Positions 10,470 to 24,472 of a DNA stretch of 37,692 nucleotides are shown piece by piece (the first letter of the stretch is position 1; each line of letters begins with the position of its first letter). The position numbers and the translations under genes were made by a program. This DNA is from a virus. Its lineage: Duplodnaviria; Heunggongvirae; Uroviricota; Caudoviricetes. Below the pieces are notes generated by a model. The model searched no databases. It was given only the letters and a program-made list of their open reading frames with translations, and had not been told where the DNA came from. The DNA is taken from IMG/VR virus record IMGVR_UViG_2541047799_000005, one strand, 5' to 3'.

Positions 10470-11781
10470 TTATACCGGTAAAGCTTCAGGTGTATTAAGT
10501 AATTCTTTATTGGTATCAGATGCCAGGTTACCTGCAGCCAGCGGTGCCGGTGCACCCTGCATCAGACGATCCAGCGCAGTGTCACTGCGCGCCTGTGCAC
10601 TCTGTGGTGCTGCGGCCAGAATGCGGCGGGCCGTTTCCACGGTCATTCCGGGGGTTTCGGCCAGCACGCGTGCCTGTTCTTCGCGTCCGTGAGCCTCCTC
10701 ACAGTTGAGGATCCCCATAATGCGACTGTTTTCTGCCGCAACCGCTGCGGTGATCTGCGCGTTCACGTCCGGCTGCGCCGCGCTGGCGTTCTCGCCCTCC
10801 GTCGCTTGCACCACCTCAGTAACGTCAGCCTGCGAAGCAGTGGCTGAAACAGTTGTTGATTGAGTCTCTTTGGTCATTCGCCCTCCTGAGAGACGGGATT
10901 TACGTGCATCCAGTGCATCACGCATGACGGTGATCGCATCGGTACTGTTAACAAGTTCATCAGCCAGTCCGGCATCAATGGCCTCCTGACCGCTGTACAC
11001 TGCAGCCTCGGTATCCAGCACAGCCTGCACGGACAGGCCGGTATATGCCGACACCTTCTGTGCAAACATCCGGCGGGTTGCGTCCATCCGGGACTGCAGT
11101 GTCTCCCGGACGTCATCCGGAAGATGGCTGTAGGGGTTGCCATCCACCTTATGGCTGCCGCTGTAAATCAGCGTGATTTCCACACCCTGTTTCTCCAGCG
11201 CAGCACCGTAATTACTGTGAGCCATCATGACGCCGATGGAGCCTGTCCGGGCGGTCTGCGTGACCAGACGCCGGGAGGCGGCACTGGCAAGCAACTGACC
11301 TGCACTGCAGTTCATGTCGTTGGCCAGCGCCCATACCGGCTTTATGTCACGCACACGGGCGATGATGTCAGCGCAGTCAAATGCCCCTGCCACCATCCCG
11401 CCTGGCGTATCCATATCGAGCAGAATGCCGTCCACCATCGGGTCGCTGGCAGCCTGTTGCAGACGGGCGATAATGCCGTTGTAACCGGTCATCCCCGAAT
11501 ACGGCTGCAGCGCTCGCGTCCGACTGACCAGCGTGCCGGACACCGGCAGCACGGCGATGCCGTTCATGACCTGATAACTGCGGGCCTGTCGTGGTCCGTC
11601 ATCATCAACGGATAACGCCAGCGCCGCGGGTGCCTCTCCGGCAGTCAGGCTGTCGCCGGATACCGCATCCGTCAGGCGGCTGATCCCAAGCTGGCCTGCA
11701 AGCGCACAAAAGAAAACCCGCGCATAGGCGGGTTCAAGCATCAGCGGCTCATTAAAGGCCATACTGGCAATATGCGGGAGA

Positions 11782-11801
<20 letters not shown>
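10470..11801 (-). CDS. C: Capsid assembly protease C with nested scaffold Nu3 (in-frame internal start)
   Basis: ORF contains VTAELRNLPHIASMAFNEPLMLEPAYARVFF... matching recalled lambda C; start is probably the GTG encoding that V. ClpP/S49-type protease fold. Confidence 0.85.
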
Positions 11802-15482
<3,681 letters not shown>

Positions 15483-15508
<26 letters not shown>

Positions 15509-16028
15509 TCAGCAACCCCGGTATCAGTTCATCCAGCGCGGCTGCTTTGTTCATGGCTTTGATGATATCCCGTTTCAGGAAATCAACATGTCGGTTTTCC
15601 AGTTCCGGAAAACGCCGCTGCACCGACAGGGGGATCCCGTCGAGAATACTGGCAATTTCACCTGCGATCCGCGACAGCACGAAAGTACAGAATGCGGTTT
15701 CCACCACTTCAGCGGAGTCTCTGGCATTTTTCAGCTCCTGTGCGTCGGCCTGCGCACGCGTAAGTCGATGGCGTTCGTACTCAATAGTCCCTGGCTGGAG
15801 ATCTGTCTCGCTGGCCTGCCGCAGTTCTTCAACTTCCCGGCGCAGCTTTTCGTTCTCAATTTCAGCATCCCTTTCGGCATACCATCTTATAACGGCGGCA
15901 GAGTCATAAAGCACCTCATTACCCTTGCCACCGCCTCGCAGAACGGGCATTCCCTGTTCCTGCCAGTTCTGAATGGTACGGATACTCGCACCGAAAATGT
16001 CAGCCAGCTGCTTTTTGTTGACTTCCAT
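15483..16028 (-). CDS. Nu1: Terminase small subunit Nu1
   Basis: 181-aa ORF MEVNKKQLADIFGASIRTIQNWQEQGMP... matching recalled lambda Nu1; sits next to cos. Confidence 0.9.
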
Positions 16029-16217
16029 TGTTCATTCCACGGCCAAAAACAGAGAAAGGAAACGACAGAGGCCCAAAAGTTCGTTTTCAGCACCTGTCGT
16101 TTCCTTTCTTTTCAGGGGGTATTTTAAATAAAAACATTAAGTTACGACGAAGAAGAACGGAAACGCCTTAAACCGGAAAATTTTCATAAATAGCGAAAAC
16201 CCGCGAGGTCGCCGCCC
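16029..16217 (-). other. cos: cos region: cosB-like leader plus cosN, with the 12-nt cohesive end at 16206-16217
   Basis: Reverse complement of 16206-16217 (aggtcgccgccc) is GGGCGGCGACCT, the lambda cohesive end; the reverse complement of 16029-16217 reads like the lambda left end, with slight variation, into the Nu1 start. Confidence 0.85.
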
Positions 16218-16416
16218 CGTAACCTGTCGGATCGCCGGAAAGGACCCGCAAAATGATAATAATTATCATCTGCATGTCACAACGTGCATCTACGCCATCA
16301 AACCACGTCAAATAATCAATTATGACGCAGGTATCATATTAATTGATCTGCATCAACTTAACGTAAAAACAACTTCAGACAATACAAATCAGCGACACTG
16401 AATACGGGACAACCTC

Positions 16417-16650
16417 ATGTCAACGAAGAACAGAACCCGCAGAACAACAACCCGCAACATCCGCTTTCCTAACCAAATGATTGAACAAATTAACATTGCT
16501 CTTGATCAAAAAGGGTCCGGGAATTTCTCAGCCTGGGTCATTGAAGCCTGCCGCCGAAGACTGTGCTCAGAAAAAAGAGTTTCGCCTGAAGCAAACAAAG
16601 AAAAGAGTGACATTACTGAATTGCTCAGAAAGCAGGTCAGACCAGATTGA
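16417..16650 (+). CDS. YlcI-like small protein (DUF3950 family), prophage cargo near cos
   Basis: 77-aa ORF MSTKNRTRRTTTRNIRFPNQMIEQINIALDQKGSGNFSAWVIEACRRRL... resembles recalled DLP12 YlcI; AT-rich; opposite strand to the late operon. Confidence 0.55.
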   Translation: MSTKNRTRRTTTRNIRFPNQMIEQINIALDQKGSGNFSAWVIEACRRRLCSEKRVSPEANKEKSDITELLRKQVRPD

Positions 16651-16692
16651 AGCAATTTAGATAATCGTGCAGACTAGGTACCTTCATATCAC

Positions 16693-17118
16693 ATGGAAGG
16701 TACTACAATGGCTCAGGTTGCCATTTTTAAACAAATATTCGATAAAGTGCGAAATAATTTAAACTATCACTGGTTTTATTCTGAACTAAAACGTCACAAT
16801 GTCTCACATTACATTTACTATTTAGCCACAGAGAATATTCATCTTGTTCTTGAAAACGATAATACGGTTTTAATAAAAGGACAGAGTAAGGTTGTAAATG
16901 TAAGATTTTCAAAAAATAAATGCCTTATAGAAGCCACCTTAAAAGGATTCAAATCAGGAGAGTTATCATTTTACGAATACAGGAAAAATCTTGCTACAGC
17001 AGGGGTTTTCAGATGGATTACAAATATCCACGAAAACAAAAGGTATTACTATACCTTTGATAATTCATTACTCTTTACTGAGAACATTCAGAACACTACA
17101 CAAATATTTCCGCACTAA
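16693..17118 (+). CDS. Hypothetical prophage cargo protein (possibly DUF1398/YbcV-like)
   Basis: 141-aa AT-rich ORF after ylcI-like; family is a guess from context. Start could be the internal Met at 16708. Confidence 0.4.
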   Translation: MEGTTMAQVAIFKQIFDKVRNNLNYHWFYSELKRHNVSHYIYYLATENIHLVLENDNTVLIKGQSKVVNVRFSKNKCLIEATLKGFKSGELSFYEYRKNLATAGVFRWITNIHENKRYYYTFDNSLLFTENIQNTTQIFPH

Positions 17119-17609
17119 ATCATAACGTCCGGTTTCTTCCGTGCCAGAACCGGACTCGCTGGCATGATGAAATATGTGTACCCGGTAACCCCGGTGTGCA
17201 TCGTTATTGATTATTCCCGCACACTCGCGCAGAAGGAGTTCCCCGTCGGGCTACGGTCTCTGTTAATACGGGAATACGGCGACGATACAGCGCATGATGT
17301 GTCAGGCTTGAATACCTTTATCCTTTAAAAGGGATATCAGTTAAGTTATCCCGTGTAGGGTATAAGCCATTATCAAAGCCACTCTGTAGGAAGTGGCTTT
17401 TGTAATGGCAATAAAAAGCCCCGCGAATGCGAGGCTAAATCCTGGTATTTGTAATGACTGGCTCTTATCTCAACGCAGCCCCTTACCGCGCGCAAAATGC
17501 TCAATATCAAGCATCAGCAATGAGATGTTTAATCTGGATTCACTCCAGAAGTGAGCACCACCCTGTCTACAGAGCCAGATGTGAAGGATGATGAGTAAAA
17601 TTATCGCTA

Positions 17610-18077
17610 TCATCGAAGGCATTGCGTCCTGATGTATTCCTGAAGCGTTCTCAATGCTGTTTGGTCGCGGATAATTCCGTCCCGGATACCGAGAACGTTT
17701 CGTCCAGCAACTGGAGAGAGTTCGACGGTGGCATCATTGCCCATGCCGGAGGCGCTGGAGGTTTCGGCTGAGGATGGCACAGGGCATTTTCCTTTGACGA
17801 GCACCCGACCACCATTATCAAGCTTGCGCCGAAGAGCATCATTTTCAGCTTTCGCATCAGCTAACTCCTTCGTGTATTTATCATCGAGTGCATCAGCATC
17901 ACGCTGGCGCTGCTGCATGTCAGTAATGGTGGCGTTCGCCTTCTCCAGTTCACTGGCCTTGTTATCGCGCTGTTCTTTGTAGGCGATTGCATTATCACGG
18001 TAATGATTAACAGCCCATGACAGGCAGACGATGATGCAGATAACCAGAGCGGAGATAATCGCGGTTACTCTGCTCAT
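17610..18077 (-). CDS. Rz: Inner-membrane spanin Rz
   Basis: ORF contains [31 protein letters not shown]... like lambda Rz; its ATG overlaps the R stop (ATGA). Confidence 0.85.
   Translation of the reverse strand: MSRVTAIISALVICIIVCLSWAVNHYRDNAIAYKEQRDNKASELEKANATITDMQQRQRDADALDDKYTKELADAKAENDALRRKLDNGGRVLVKGKCPVPSSAETSSASGMGNDATVELSPVAGRNVLGIRDGIIRDQTALRTLQEYIRTQCLR
17651..17857 (-). CDS. Rz1: Outer-membrane lipoprotein spanin Rz1, embedded in Rz in the +1 frame
   Basis: 68-aa [24 protein letters not shown]...PPAPPAW...: lipobox before Cys and a Pro-rich segment, as in lambda Rz1. Confidence 0.8.
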   Translation of the reverse strand: MRKLKMMLFGASLIMVVGCSSKENALCHPQPKPPAPPAWAMMPPSNSLQLLDETFSVSGTELSATKQH

Positions 18078-18571
18078 TGTTTCCCCCACAAACAGACTTC
18101 ACGCTCAATCTCACGGCGAGTCATCAGTCCTTTCCATTGATTACCGCCAGCGTATGTCCAGCGCCGTAGCTGATCACATGCGCCTTTAATATCACCCTGG
18201 TTTATTTTGCGAAGAAGCGTCGATGTTCTGAAATTGCCAGCACCCACGTTGTAGACGAACGAGTAAAGAGCGCCGCGCGTTGTTTCCGGTATATCGACTT
18301 TGATGTACCGGTTAATTTGTCTGGCGACAGTGGCAAGGTCTTTATTCAGGAGGGCTTTGCACTCTGCTTCGGTATACGTTTTACCGGGAATGATGTCTTT
18401 TCCTGTATGCCCGTAACATACAGTCCATACACCAACTATGTCTTTGTAAGGATTATGTCTCACACCTTCCAGACCATCGTTACCACTTGGGCCAGTGATT
18501 AACACAGATGCTATAGCAATAGCCCCGCCACCAATAGCAGCAGCAACAGCTTTTCGTAATGATGGAGGCAT
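18074..18571 (-). CDS. R: SAR (signal-anchor-release) endolysin, phage-21 R type lysozyme
   Basis: 165 aa; N-terminal weakly hydrophobic Gly/Ala-rich segment [18 protein letters not shown] followed by a T4-lysozyme-like domain; paired with a pinholin. Confidence 0.85.
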   Translation of the reverse strand: MPPSLRKAVAAAIGGGAIAIASVLITGPSGNDGLEGVRHNPYKDIVGVWTVCYGHTGKDIIPGKTYTEAECKALLNKDLATVARQINRYIKVDIPETTRGALYSFVYNVGAGNFRTSTLLRKINQGDIKGACDQLRRWTYAGGNQWKGLMTRREIEREVCLWGKQ

Positions 18572-18786
18572 TATTCACCTCTCGCAGCCTTGCGCTTATC
18601 TTCTTTAATCTTGAAATAAAGGTTTGTCAGGTACGTCAGCAGGCCAAATACCAGGCTACCCAGCACACCTATTGCTGCCCACTGTGAGGGCGTGACTTTA
18701 TCGAGCAGCTGTAAAAACCAGTACCCGGCACTACCTGCTGAGGTGCCATAGGCGACACCCGTTGTTAACTTATCCATGGATTTCAT
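18571..18786 (-). CDS. S: Pinholin S (phage 21 S21 type)
   Basis: 71-aa [29 protein letters not shown]...[13 protein letters not shown] matching recalled S21; two TM helices; stop overlaps the R start. Confidence 0.85.
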
Positions 18787-18895
18787 AACCCCACCTCGCA
18801 GACAAAGCGGGTGTAAATTGAGGGAATACTACGAAACGTAACAGACTCGGAGTCAGTGAATAACTCAGGTATTGGGTTATCAGCTAATATCGAGA

Positions 18896-18930
18896 CTCAA
18901 AAAATGGAAAAACCCGCTCGACGGCGGGTT
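18896..18930 (-). terminator. Intrinsic terminator on the minus strand about 110 nt upstream of S; candidate tR' of the late operon
   Basis: 7-bp stem AACCCGC/GCGGGTT (18911-18930) followed on the minus strand by UUUCCAUUUUUU. Confidence 0.5.
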
Positions 18931-19359
18931 TAAGCTGTGTGACGAAGTAACCACTCTTAACAGCATAACCAATTTTTTACGTACGTAAACCACTAAATGA
19001 TATTTGCGAGAATGCTACCGAGTATTGAAAACACCACTACAAATACATAAGCAAATCTCAACAAATAACCAACAAATAATTTCCAGCGTTATTTTTAGCC
19101 AATTTAAATTGAACCTTCAAATTATAGAGCACTTATAAATAACAGCCATTAATATAAATTGGCTAATAGATTTATTTTTATTCAGCCAAGAGCCATGAAT
19201 AGGATTCGATAGAAAAAAGTTCAGATAAAAATAGAGATCTACTTCACAAATTAAACGAGAAACCAAAACTTACATCTTGAAATAATCACATTGATTAGAT
19301 GAATATTTATCGCGCAGTGACATCATTTTTTAATAATAGTTCAAAAAAAAGGGCTCACG

Positions 19360-20442
19360 ATGAAAAAATTAACAGTGGCAATTTCTGCTGTAGCTGCATC
19401 AGTACTGATGGCGATGTCTGCTCAGGCAGCTGAAATTTATAATAAAGACAGTAACAAGCTGGATCTGTACGGGAAAGTTAATGCTAAGCACTACTTCTCC
19501 TCTAATGATGCAGATGATGGTGATACTACTTATGCCCGTCTTGGCTTCAAAGGTGAAACCCAAATCAACGATCAACTGACTGGTTTCGGTCAGTGGGAAT
19601 ATGAATTCAAAGGCAACCGCGCTGAATCTCAAGGTTCTTCCAAAGACAAAACCCGTCTTGCATTTGCAGGCCTGAAATTTGGTGATTACGGCTCAATCGA
19701 TTACGGCCGTAACTACGGTGTAGCATACGACATCGGTGCGTGGACTGACGTCCTGCCAGAATTCGGTGGTGATACCTGGACCCAAACAGATGTGTTCATG
19801 ACTGGTCGCACTACTGGTGTTGCAACTTATCGTAACAACGACTTCTTTGGTCTGGTCGATGGCCTGAACTTTGCTGCTCAGTATCAGGGTAAAAATGACC
19901 GCACTGACGTAACTGAAGCCAATGGTGATGGTTTCGGTTTCTCCACTACTTATGAGTATGAAGGATTCGGCGTGGGTGCAACCTATGCTAAATCAGATCG
20001 CACTGACGGTCAGGTCGCCTATGGTAAGAGCAAATTCAATGCCTCCGGCAAAAATGCGGAAGTATGGGCTGCAGGCCTGAAATATGATGCGAACAATATC
20101 TATCTGGCTACCACATATTCTGAAACTCAGAATATGACCGTTTTTGGTAATAACCATATTGCAAACAAAGCACAAAACTTTGAAGCAGTAGCACAATATC
20201 AGTTTGACTTCGGTCTGCGCCCATCTGTTGCTTACCTTCAGTCAAAAGGTAAAGACCTTGGTGTTCATGGTGACCGAGACTTAGTCAAGTATGTCGATGT
20301 CGGTGCTACTTACTACTTTAATAAAAACATGTCCACTTTTGTTGATTACAAAATCAACTTAATTGACGATAGTAAGTTTACCAAAACAGCTGGTATTGAT
20401 ACTGATGACATCGTTGCTGTAGGTCTGGTTTACCAGTTCTAA
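19360..20442 (+). CDS. nmpC: Outer-membrane general porin, NmpC/Lc family (phage-borne OmpC-like)
   Basis: 360-aa ORF with signal peptide ending AQA and porin hallmarks ([17 protein letters not shown]..., C-terminal ...VAVGLVYQF); matches recalled DLP12 NmpC / PA-2 Lc; opposite strand to Q and the lysis genes. Confidence 0.85.
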   Translation: MKKLTVAISAVAASVLMAMSAQAAEIYNKDSNKLDLYGKVNAKHYFSSNDADDGDTTYARLGFKGETQINDQLTGFGQWEYEFKGNRAESQGSSKDKTRLAFAGLKFGDYGSIDYGRNYGVAYDIGAWTDVLPEFGGDTWTQTDVFMTGRTTGVATYRNNDFFGLVDGLNFAAQYQGKNDRTDVTEANGDGFGFSTTYEYEGFGVGATYAKSDRTDGQVAYGKSKFNASGKNAEVWAAGLKYDANNIYLATTYSETQNMTVFGNNHIANKAQNFEAVAQYQFDFGLRPSVAYLQSKGKDLGVHGDRDLVKYVDVGATYYFNKNMSTFVDYKINLIDDSKFTKTAGIDTDDIVAVGLVYQF

Positions 20443-20580
20443 TCTGATTACGAAAAAGATATGTTGCGGGAGGCGTTGCCTCCCCAACATATAAGTGGCT
20501 CCCTCAAGCCACTTCCTTTAGAAGCACAACCTTGCTTCTAACTATATAAACCTTCTGTTATATATTACCCTTTATTTTTG

Positions 20581-20616
20581 GGGGCGTCTCAACGCCCCAT
20601 TTTTAATAATTTTTAG
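20581..20616 (+). terminator. Intrinsic terminator for the porin gene
   Basis: GGGGCG-TCTCAA-CGCCCC hairpin followed by ATTTTTAATAATTTTT on the plus strand. Confidence 0.6.
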
Positions 20617-20631
20617 TAAACAATTGGCATA

Positions 20632-21015
20632 TTAATTAGAGTTATTAACAACGATATCCATCTCTAACCGGATATCTAATGCCATTAACATCCCTTCAAT
20701 TATGCCCTCAGCCTTTTGTAACCTTTTCCCGATATAACCATCAGAGCAGCAATGCTTACCTGCCAGTGACATGAATGTCATACCGACTACATAATAATCT
20801 ACTAATAAATCGTGCAAATCGCTGTTGTTCTTTTTCAGACGGGCCATGCACCCGCAAATGATCATCGCGTCATCGTCACAACATTGCGGGCGAGATTTTA
20901 CTTTTGAAGGAATTAATCCCTTAAAACCGGCGGCAATGGACGACCAGGTCACATCTTCATGATTATTAGCCGCCCACGCTCCCCAACGCTCAAGAACCAT
21001 CTGAATATCACGCAT
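20632..21015 (-). CDS. Q: Late-gene antiterminator Q (phage 82 / DLP12 QuuD type)
   Basis: ORF contains [34 protein letters not shown]... matching recalled QuuD; start set at the internal Met (127 aa). Confidence 0.8.
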   Translation of the reverse strand: MRDIQMVLERWGAWAANNHEDVTWSSIAAGFKGLIPSKVKSRPQCCDDDAMIICGCMARLKKNNSDLHDLLVDYYVVGMTFMSLAGKHCCSDGYIGKRLQKAEGIIEGMLMALDIRLEMDIVVNNSN

Positions 21016-21237
21016 CAACTTACTCCACAAAACTCAGACCAGAACGCCAATTACAAGCAAAAATCAACAAAACAGTATTAGTTGATTGTTATCTCTGACT
21101 TCATACTCCTGCTCCTGTCAGTGTTTTGGCGTAATTCTTCAGTATTCGGTAATCGGTCAAAACAGAGCCGGGGAAACGATATAAGCGCAGACGCCCCCAG
21201 CGGTGGCGAAGAAGTTCTGCCATATTAAACTCAAACA

Positions 21238-21600
21238 TCATTCATTCCCCATTTCGGTGATGGTCAGTTCCAGCCTCCCACCTTTGGTAACAGGCATCTT
21301 CACAACGCGGTAATCAACGACCTGAGCATCATCCAGCCAGAAACCTGCTTTAGTGAGTGCGTCAAAAGCGGCTTTTTGCAGATTATCCAGGTCACGGCGA
21401 CGGCGATCCGGCATGTGGCACTCAATGCGGATTTTCACAGGCATAGCCAGGCCGATATCCAGCATTGCGTTTTTAATGATTCGGGCGACGTTATCGCGGT
21501 ATGCCTGCCCCTCTGCGCTGACGTGCGTGCGCCCGCGATTATGGCGGTAATAGCGATTATTGCTCGGAGGCCAGGGTAGTGTGATGTGGTAAGTATTCAC
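21238..21600 (-). CDS. rusA: Holliday junction resolvase RusA
   Basis: 120-aa [40 protein letters not shown]... matching recalled RusA. Confidence 0.9.
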   Translation of the reverse strand: MNTYHITLPWPPSNNRYYRHNRGRTHVSAEGQAYRDNVARIIKNAMLDIGLAMPVKIRIECHMPDRRRRDLDNLQKAAFDALTKAGFWLDDAQVVDYRVVKMPVTKGGRLELTITEMGNE

Positions 21601-21887
21601 GCCTTAATTACCCTCTCTTTCAGCCAGATAACCTGCGTTCTCGCCATACCTTCCAGCGCGCATTCTTTTGCATATCCAGCGTCAACAAAATGCGTGCGGC
21701 GGTCGATTTCGTCGTGGCAGGCAGAACATGCAATGGTGGCAATCAGGTCTGGCGGTTTGATACCGGTACCGCACAATCCAGCCAGCCGGATATGTGCCAG
21801 TACAGACGTCTCAGAATTGCCATTACATACGCCAGGGATTCTTACCTGGCATTCCCGACCACGCGCTGCTTTTCTCAAATCAGCCAT
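21597..21887 (-). CDS. ybcO: YbcO-like Cys-rich putative nuclease (DUF1364)
   Basis: 96 aa from [19 protein letters not shown]...; AGGAGG RBS upstream; position between ninE and rusA as in DLP12. Confidence 0.7.
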   Translation of the reverse strand: MADLRKAARGRECQVRIPGVCNGNSETSVLAHIRLAGLCGTGIKPPDLIATIACSACHDEIDRRTHFVDAGYAKECALEGMARTQVIWLKERVIKA

Positions 21888-22050
21888 GATTCCTCCTTGC
21901 TGCCAGTCGCAACCATTTTTTATCAACCAAGCTGGCGGTATATCCGAGCAGTGTTGGTATTTCGGATGGCTTCAGCTCAGGTTTACGCTTACGACGATTT
22001 GGTACTCTGTAGATGTGTCCGTTCATGACACGAATAAGCGGTGTAGCCAT
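21880..22050 (-). CDS. ninE: NinE-like small protein
   Basis: Hand-translated 56-aa [59 protein letters not shown], below the ORF-track cutoff; start overlaps the ybcN stop (TAATG) and stop overlaps the ybcO start (ATGGCTGA). Confidence 0.6.
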   Translation of the reverse strand: MATPLIRVMNGHIYRVPNRRKRKPELKPSEIPTLLGYTASLVDKKWLRLAARRNHG

Positions 22051-22505
22051 TACGCCTCCTGCTTGTCGCGCAGCAGCTGGAACTCGCAGCTCTGCGGAAT
22101 AGTCAGGTGGCAGCCAATATTCACCGCCCAGGCTTCAACCTTACACAGGAAGATATACATCTCTCCGGTATCAAGATCGGAGGTATGGCGTAACGACTGG
22201 ATAGTGGTGATCTCACCGGTTACGACATCAACCAGGTCTTTGGTTTCATAACCGAGATATGTGTGTTTGAGAGCATCTTTTACCCAAGCTGGAGTGGCGA
22301 ACGTTTTACCCCTGCTGATGAGGTATTCACTGATTTCGCTGTACCACATGTGGCTGAGTGCATTCTGGGAAAGACTGCGTTTCTCACGCCACGGTTTAAG
22401 CACCATGCGAAAGCATTTGCCTTCCTCCAGATAAGGCTGGATCTGCTGGCCGATAGCGGTGAAGTTACCACGATGCAATTTGATGCCGTCTTGTGGGAGG
22501 TTCAC
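22050..22505 (-). CDS. ybcN: YbcN-like nin-region protein (DUF1367)
   Basis: 151-aa ORF in the conserved ybcN-ninE-ybcO-rusA order. Confidence 0.65.
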   Translation of the reverse strand: MNLPQDGIKLHRGNFTAIGQQIQPYLEEGKCFRMVLKPWREKRSLSQNALSHMWYSEISEYLISRGKTFATPAWVKDALKHTYLGYETKDLVDVVTGEITTIQSLRHTSDLDTGEMYIFLCKVEAWAVNIGCHLTIPQSCEFQLLRDKQEA

Positions 22506-22539
22506 GCTTCACCTCCGCAGAGGTCAAACGCTGGATGCA

Positions 22540-22623
22540 AAAAATCGCAGGTGCATCTCTGCATCTGTGAAGGGAGAAGAGAGTTTGGATTGTATGTGCG
22601 CATAAACGTCCCCGTTTAGCGCA
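22540..22623. repeat. Copy A of an ~85-bp imperfect direct repeat
   Basis: aaaaaatcgcaggtgcatctctgcatctgtgaagggagaagagagtttggattgtatgtgcgcataaacgtccccgtttagcgca; repeated at 24473-24557 with about 5 mismatches. Confidence 0.85.
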
Positions 22624-22699
22624 GAAGTCACCGGAGTTGTTCAAGCTCCAATGGCATGATTATGGCTGGTTGATTATTGGAAATCAAATGTGCTGAAAA

Positions 22700-23209
22700 T
22701 TAGTCTGCCAAGTCTTCCTCAGTCGCAACTGGGTAATTCCAAATATCAAAAAAAGCTATAGCCTCCTGCCATTTGCTCCATAAGTTATCAAGTACTTGTG
22801 TAGGTTCCGTACTTTTAAAAACAGAATCAGCCGCATCACCGTTATGAACTTCCTCGTACAGTTCCATTATTAGCAGATTAACAAAGTACTGTTTCAACAT
22901 TAATGCCTGATTACCTTCTTTCTGCTGGCTATCCTGCTTGATGAGCTCCATCGCCCGTACTAGGCACCTGATGATATCCGCTGCATCATTAACGCTCCAT
23001 TCAGATCCGCGCTTATCTTTAGCTGATGAATTGGCTCTCTCAGCGCAAGCCTTTAAAGACTCATAAAGGTAAACTCTATTTTGTAGCTGCAGCGCTTTTT
23101 TTGACGTGCACCAACTTGCAAGCGCCGACCCCGCTGCGGCTAATGTGCCAAACGCAGAAATGCCTGCTGCTATTGCACTTAAGTCGGCACTGTCAAAGTT
23201 CCACATCAT
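22700..23209 (-). CDS. Hypothetical protein with one N-terminal hydrophobic helix; unknown function
   Basis: 169-aa ORF; hydrophobic segment AIAAGISAFGTLAAAGSALASW then a charged soluble region; AT-rich; lies between the direct repeats. Confidence 0.5.
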   Translation of the reverse strand: MMWNFDSADLSAIAAGISAFGTLAAAGSALASWCTSKKALQLQNRVYLYESLKACAERANSSAKDKRGSEWSVNDAADIIRCLVRAMELIKQDSQQKEGNQALMLKQYFVNLLIMELYEEVHNGDAADSVFKSTEPTQVLDNLWSKWQEAIAFFDIWNYPVATEEDLAD

Positions 23210-23444
23210 CGTTACACCTTATATAAACACCCCTCAGTAATATCCAATAAGGTATGTGAACAATCAATATAATTTATATCCGTATCGGCACATAGCGATT
23301 TTAATGCTACTGATAATGGTATCTTTTAGATTATATCGTCCAGTTCCAGTACCCGTATTTTATGAAATGGACTCGCACATTACCAAAAAAAATGCCAGCA
23401 CTTCCGTCATCGCAGAATGCTGGCAGTATTTCTAACTAGTGACT

Positions 23445-24053
23445 TTATTGCAACAGATTCTGACGGAAATATGGTAACACACGACTCCACTTATCATCCT
23501 GCCACGGTTGGAATTTTACATGCGCCGTTTCTCTGGCAAGGATTTCTCGCGCCCTGTTGAGTATCCGAGGATATTCTTGTTCGATTGAAGTGAATCTACC
23601 TGCTTCGCGATGCTCTGCGACCTGAAGAAGGGGCGTAACGTTCTGGCAGGCGGTTAACATCGTATCACTTGCTCGCCATAACCAGGCGAGTGTGCAAAGT
23701 TCGTTATCAGTGAATTGTTTTGTGATTGGGGATTGTTGAACTTCTCGATCGAGAATATCCAGAACCCAGCGGCGGAATTCTTTGGCCACAGGAGTACGAG
23801 CAAACATGGCGATCAAATGGGCTCCGCGAAGGCTAAATACTCGAGACTCCTGCATTCCACGAGGGGTGGTCACTTTGACCACCCTTGTCATCATATCTGT
23901 GAATTCATCTGAGTGCCGAGAGTAAATGCGCTGAACTGCTTTATCGTCCGCATATTCCAGTGCTAAACCAACTTCAGTGGCAGTAAGCCAAATTCTGTTA
24001 TTGTGGCAAATCGGGGTAAACGTCGTTTTGTGGAATGCTAATTGAGTAGTCAT
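23445..24053 (-). CDS. Bro-N/AntA-like DNA-binding protein (antirepressor or Roi-like)
   Basis: 202-aa ORF; N-terminal pattern F..F..I...IWLTATEVGLALEY...AKEFRRWVLDIL is typical of Bro-N/antirepressor N-domains; nin-region location like HK022 roi. Confidence 0.45.
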   Translation of the reverse strand: MTTQLAFHKTTFTPICHNNRIWLTATEVGLALEYADDKAVQRIYSRHSDEFTDMMTRVVKVTTPRGMQESRVFSLRGAHLIAMFARTPVAKEFRRWVLDILDREVQQSPITKQFTDNELCTLAWLWRASDTMLTACQNVTPLLQVAEHREAGRFTSIEQEYPRILNRAREILARETAHVKFQPWQDDKWSRVLPYFRQNLLQ

Positions 24054-24472
24054 AGTATCACCTCATCAGGTTAACCATCACCACCAACGACGCCAATCGA
24101 CTGGTGGTGAACTGTGTAAGGTTGGCGTAACCGGCTACTCAAACCCGGCGCTTCCGAAGAAGCCCTCACACAGCCCACCATAATTTGGGCATAGCCGTGC
24201 TTAGCGCACAAAAAAACCGCTTAACGCGGTATGCGTTGAGTAGTATCCCGGGACGCCAATCCCGTGTGCCGATTTTGCGGCAACGCACAGAATATAGCGC
24301 CGGATAAATCATGTCGTCAACCCCAGTAAATGGACACCATGATGATCACATCCATAGCTGCTACAACAGTTACAACTACCTCAGGCCAAAACATAACGAT
24401 TTCCATATCACCTTTAGCCGCCAGACGAATAGAGACTCCCAATTCTGGCTGTCGAAGTAAAACACCGAATGT

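Noticed and set aside
16206-16217. cos site as evidence of an assembly join or a free phage genome
   Set aside because: The sequence runs continuously from lambda's right end through cosN into Nu1, which is the normal arrangement inside an integrated prophage; int at the window edge supports integration.
20443-20631. Hairpin cluster as the late promoter pR'/qut immediately downstream of Q
   Set aside because: The strongest hairpin has its U-run on the plus strand and so terminates the porin transcript. A better tR'-like terminator with a minus-strand U-run lies at 18896-18930 next to S, so the late promoter is more likely at about 18931-19200.
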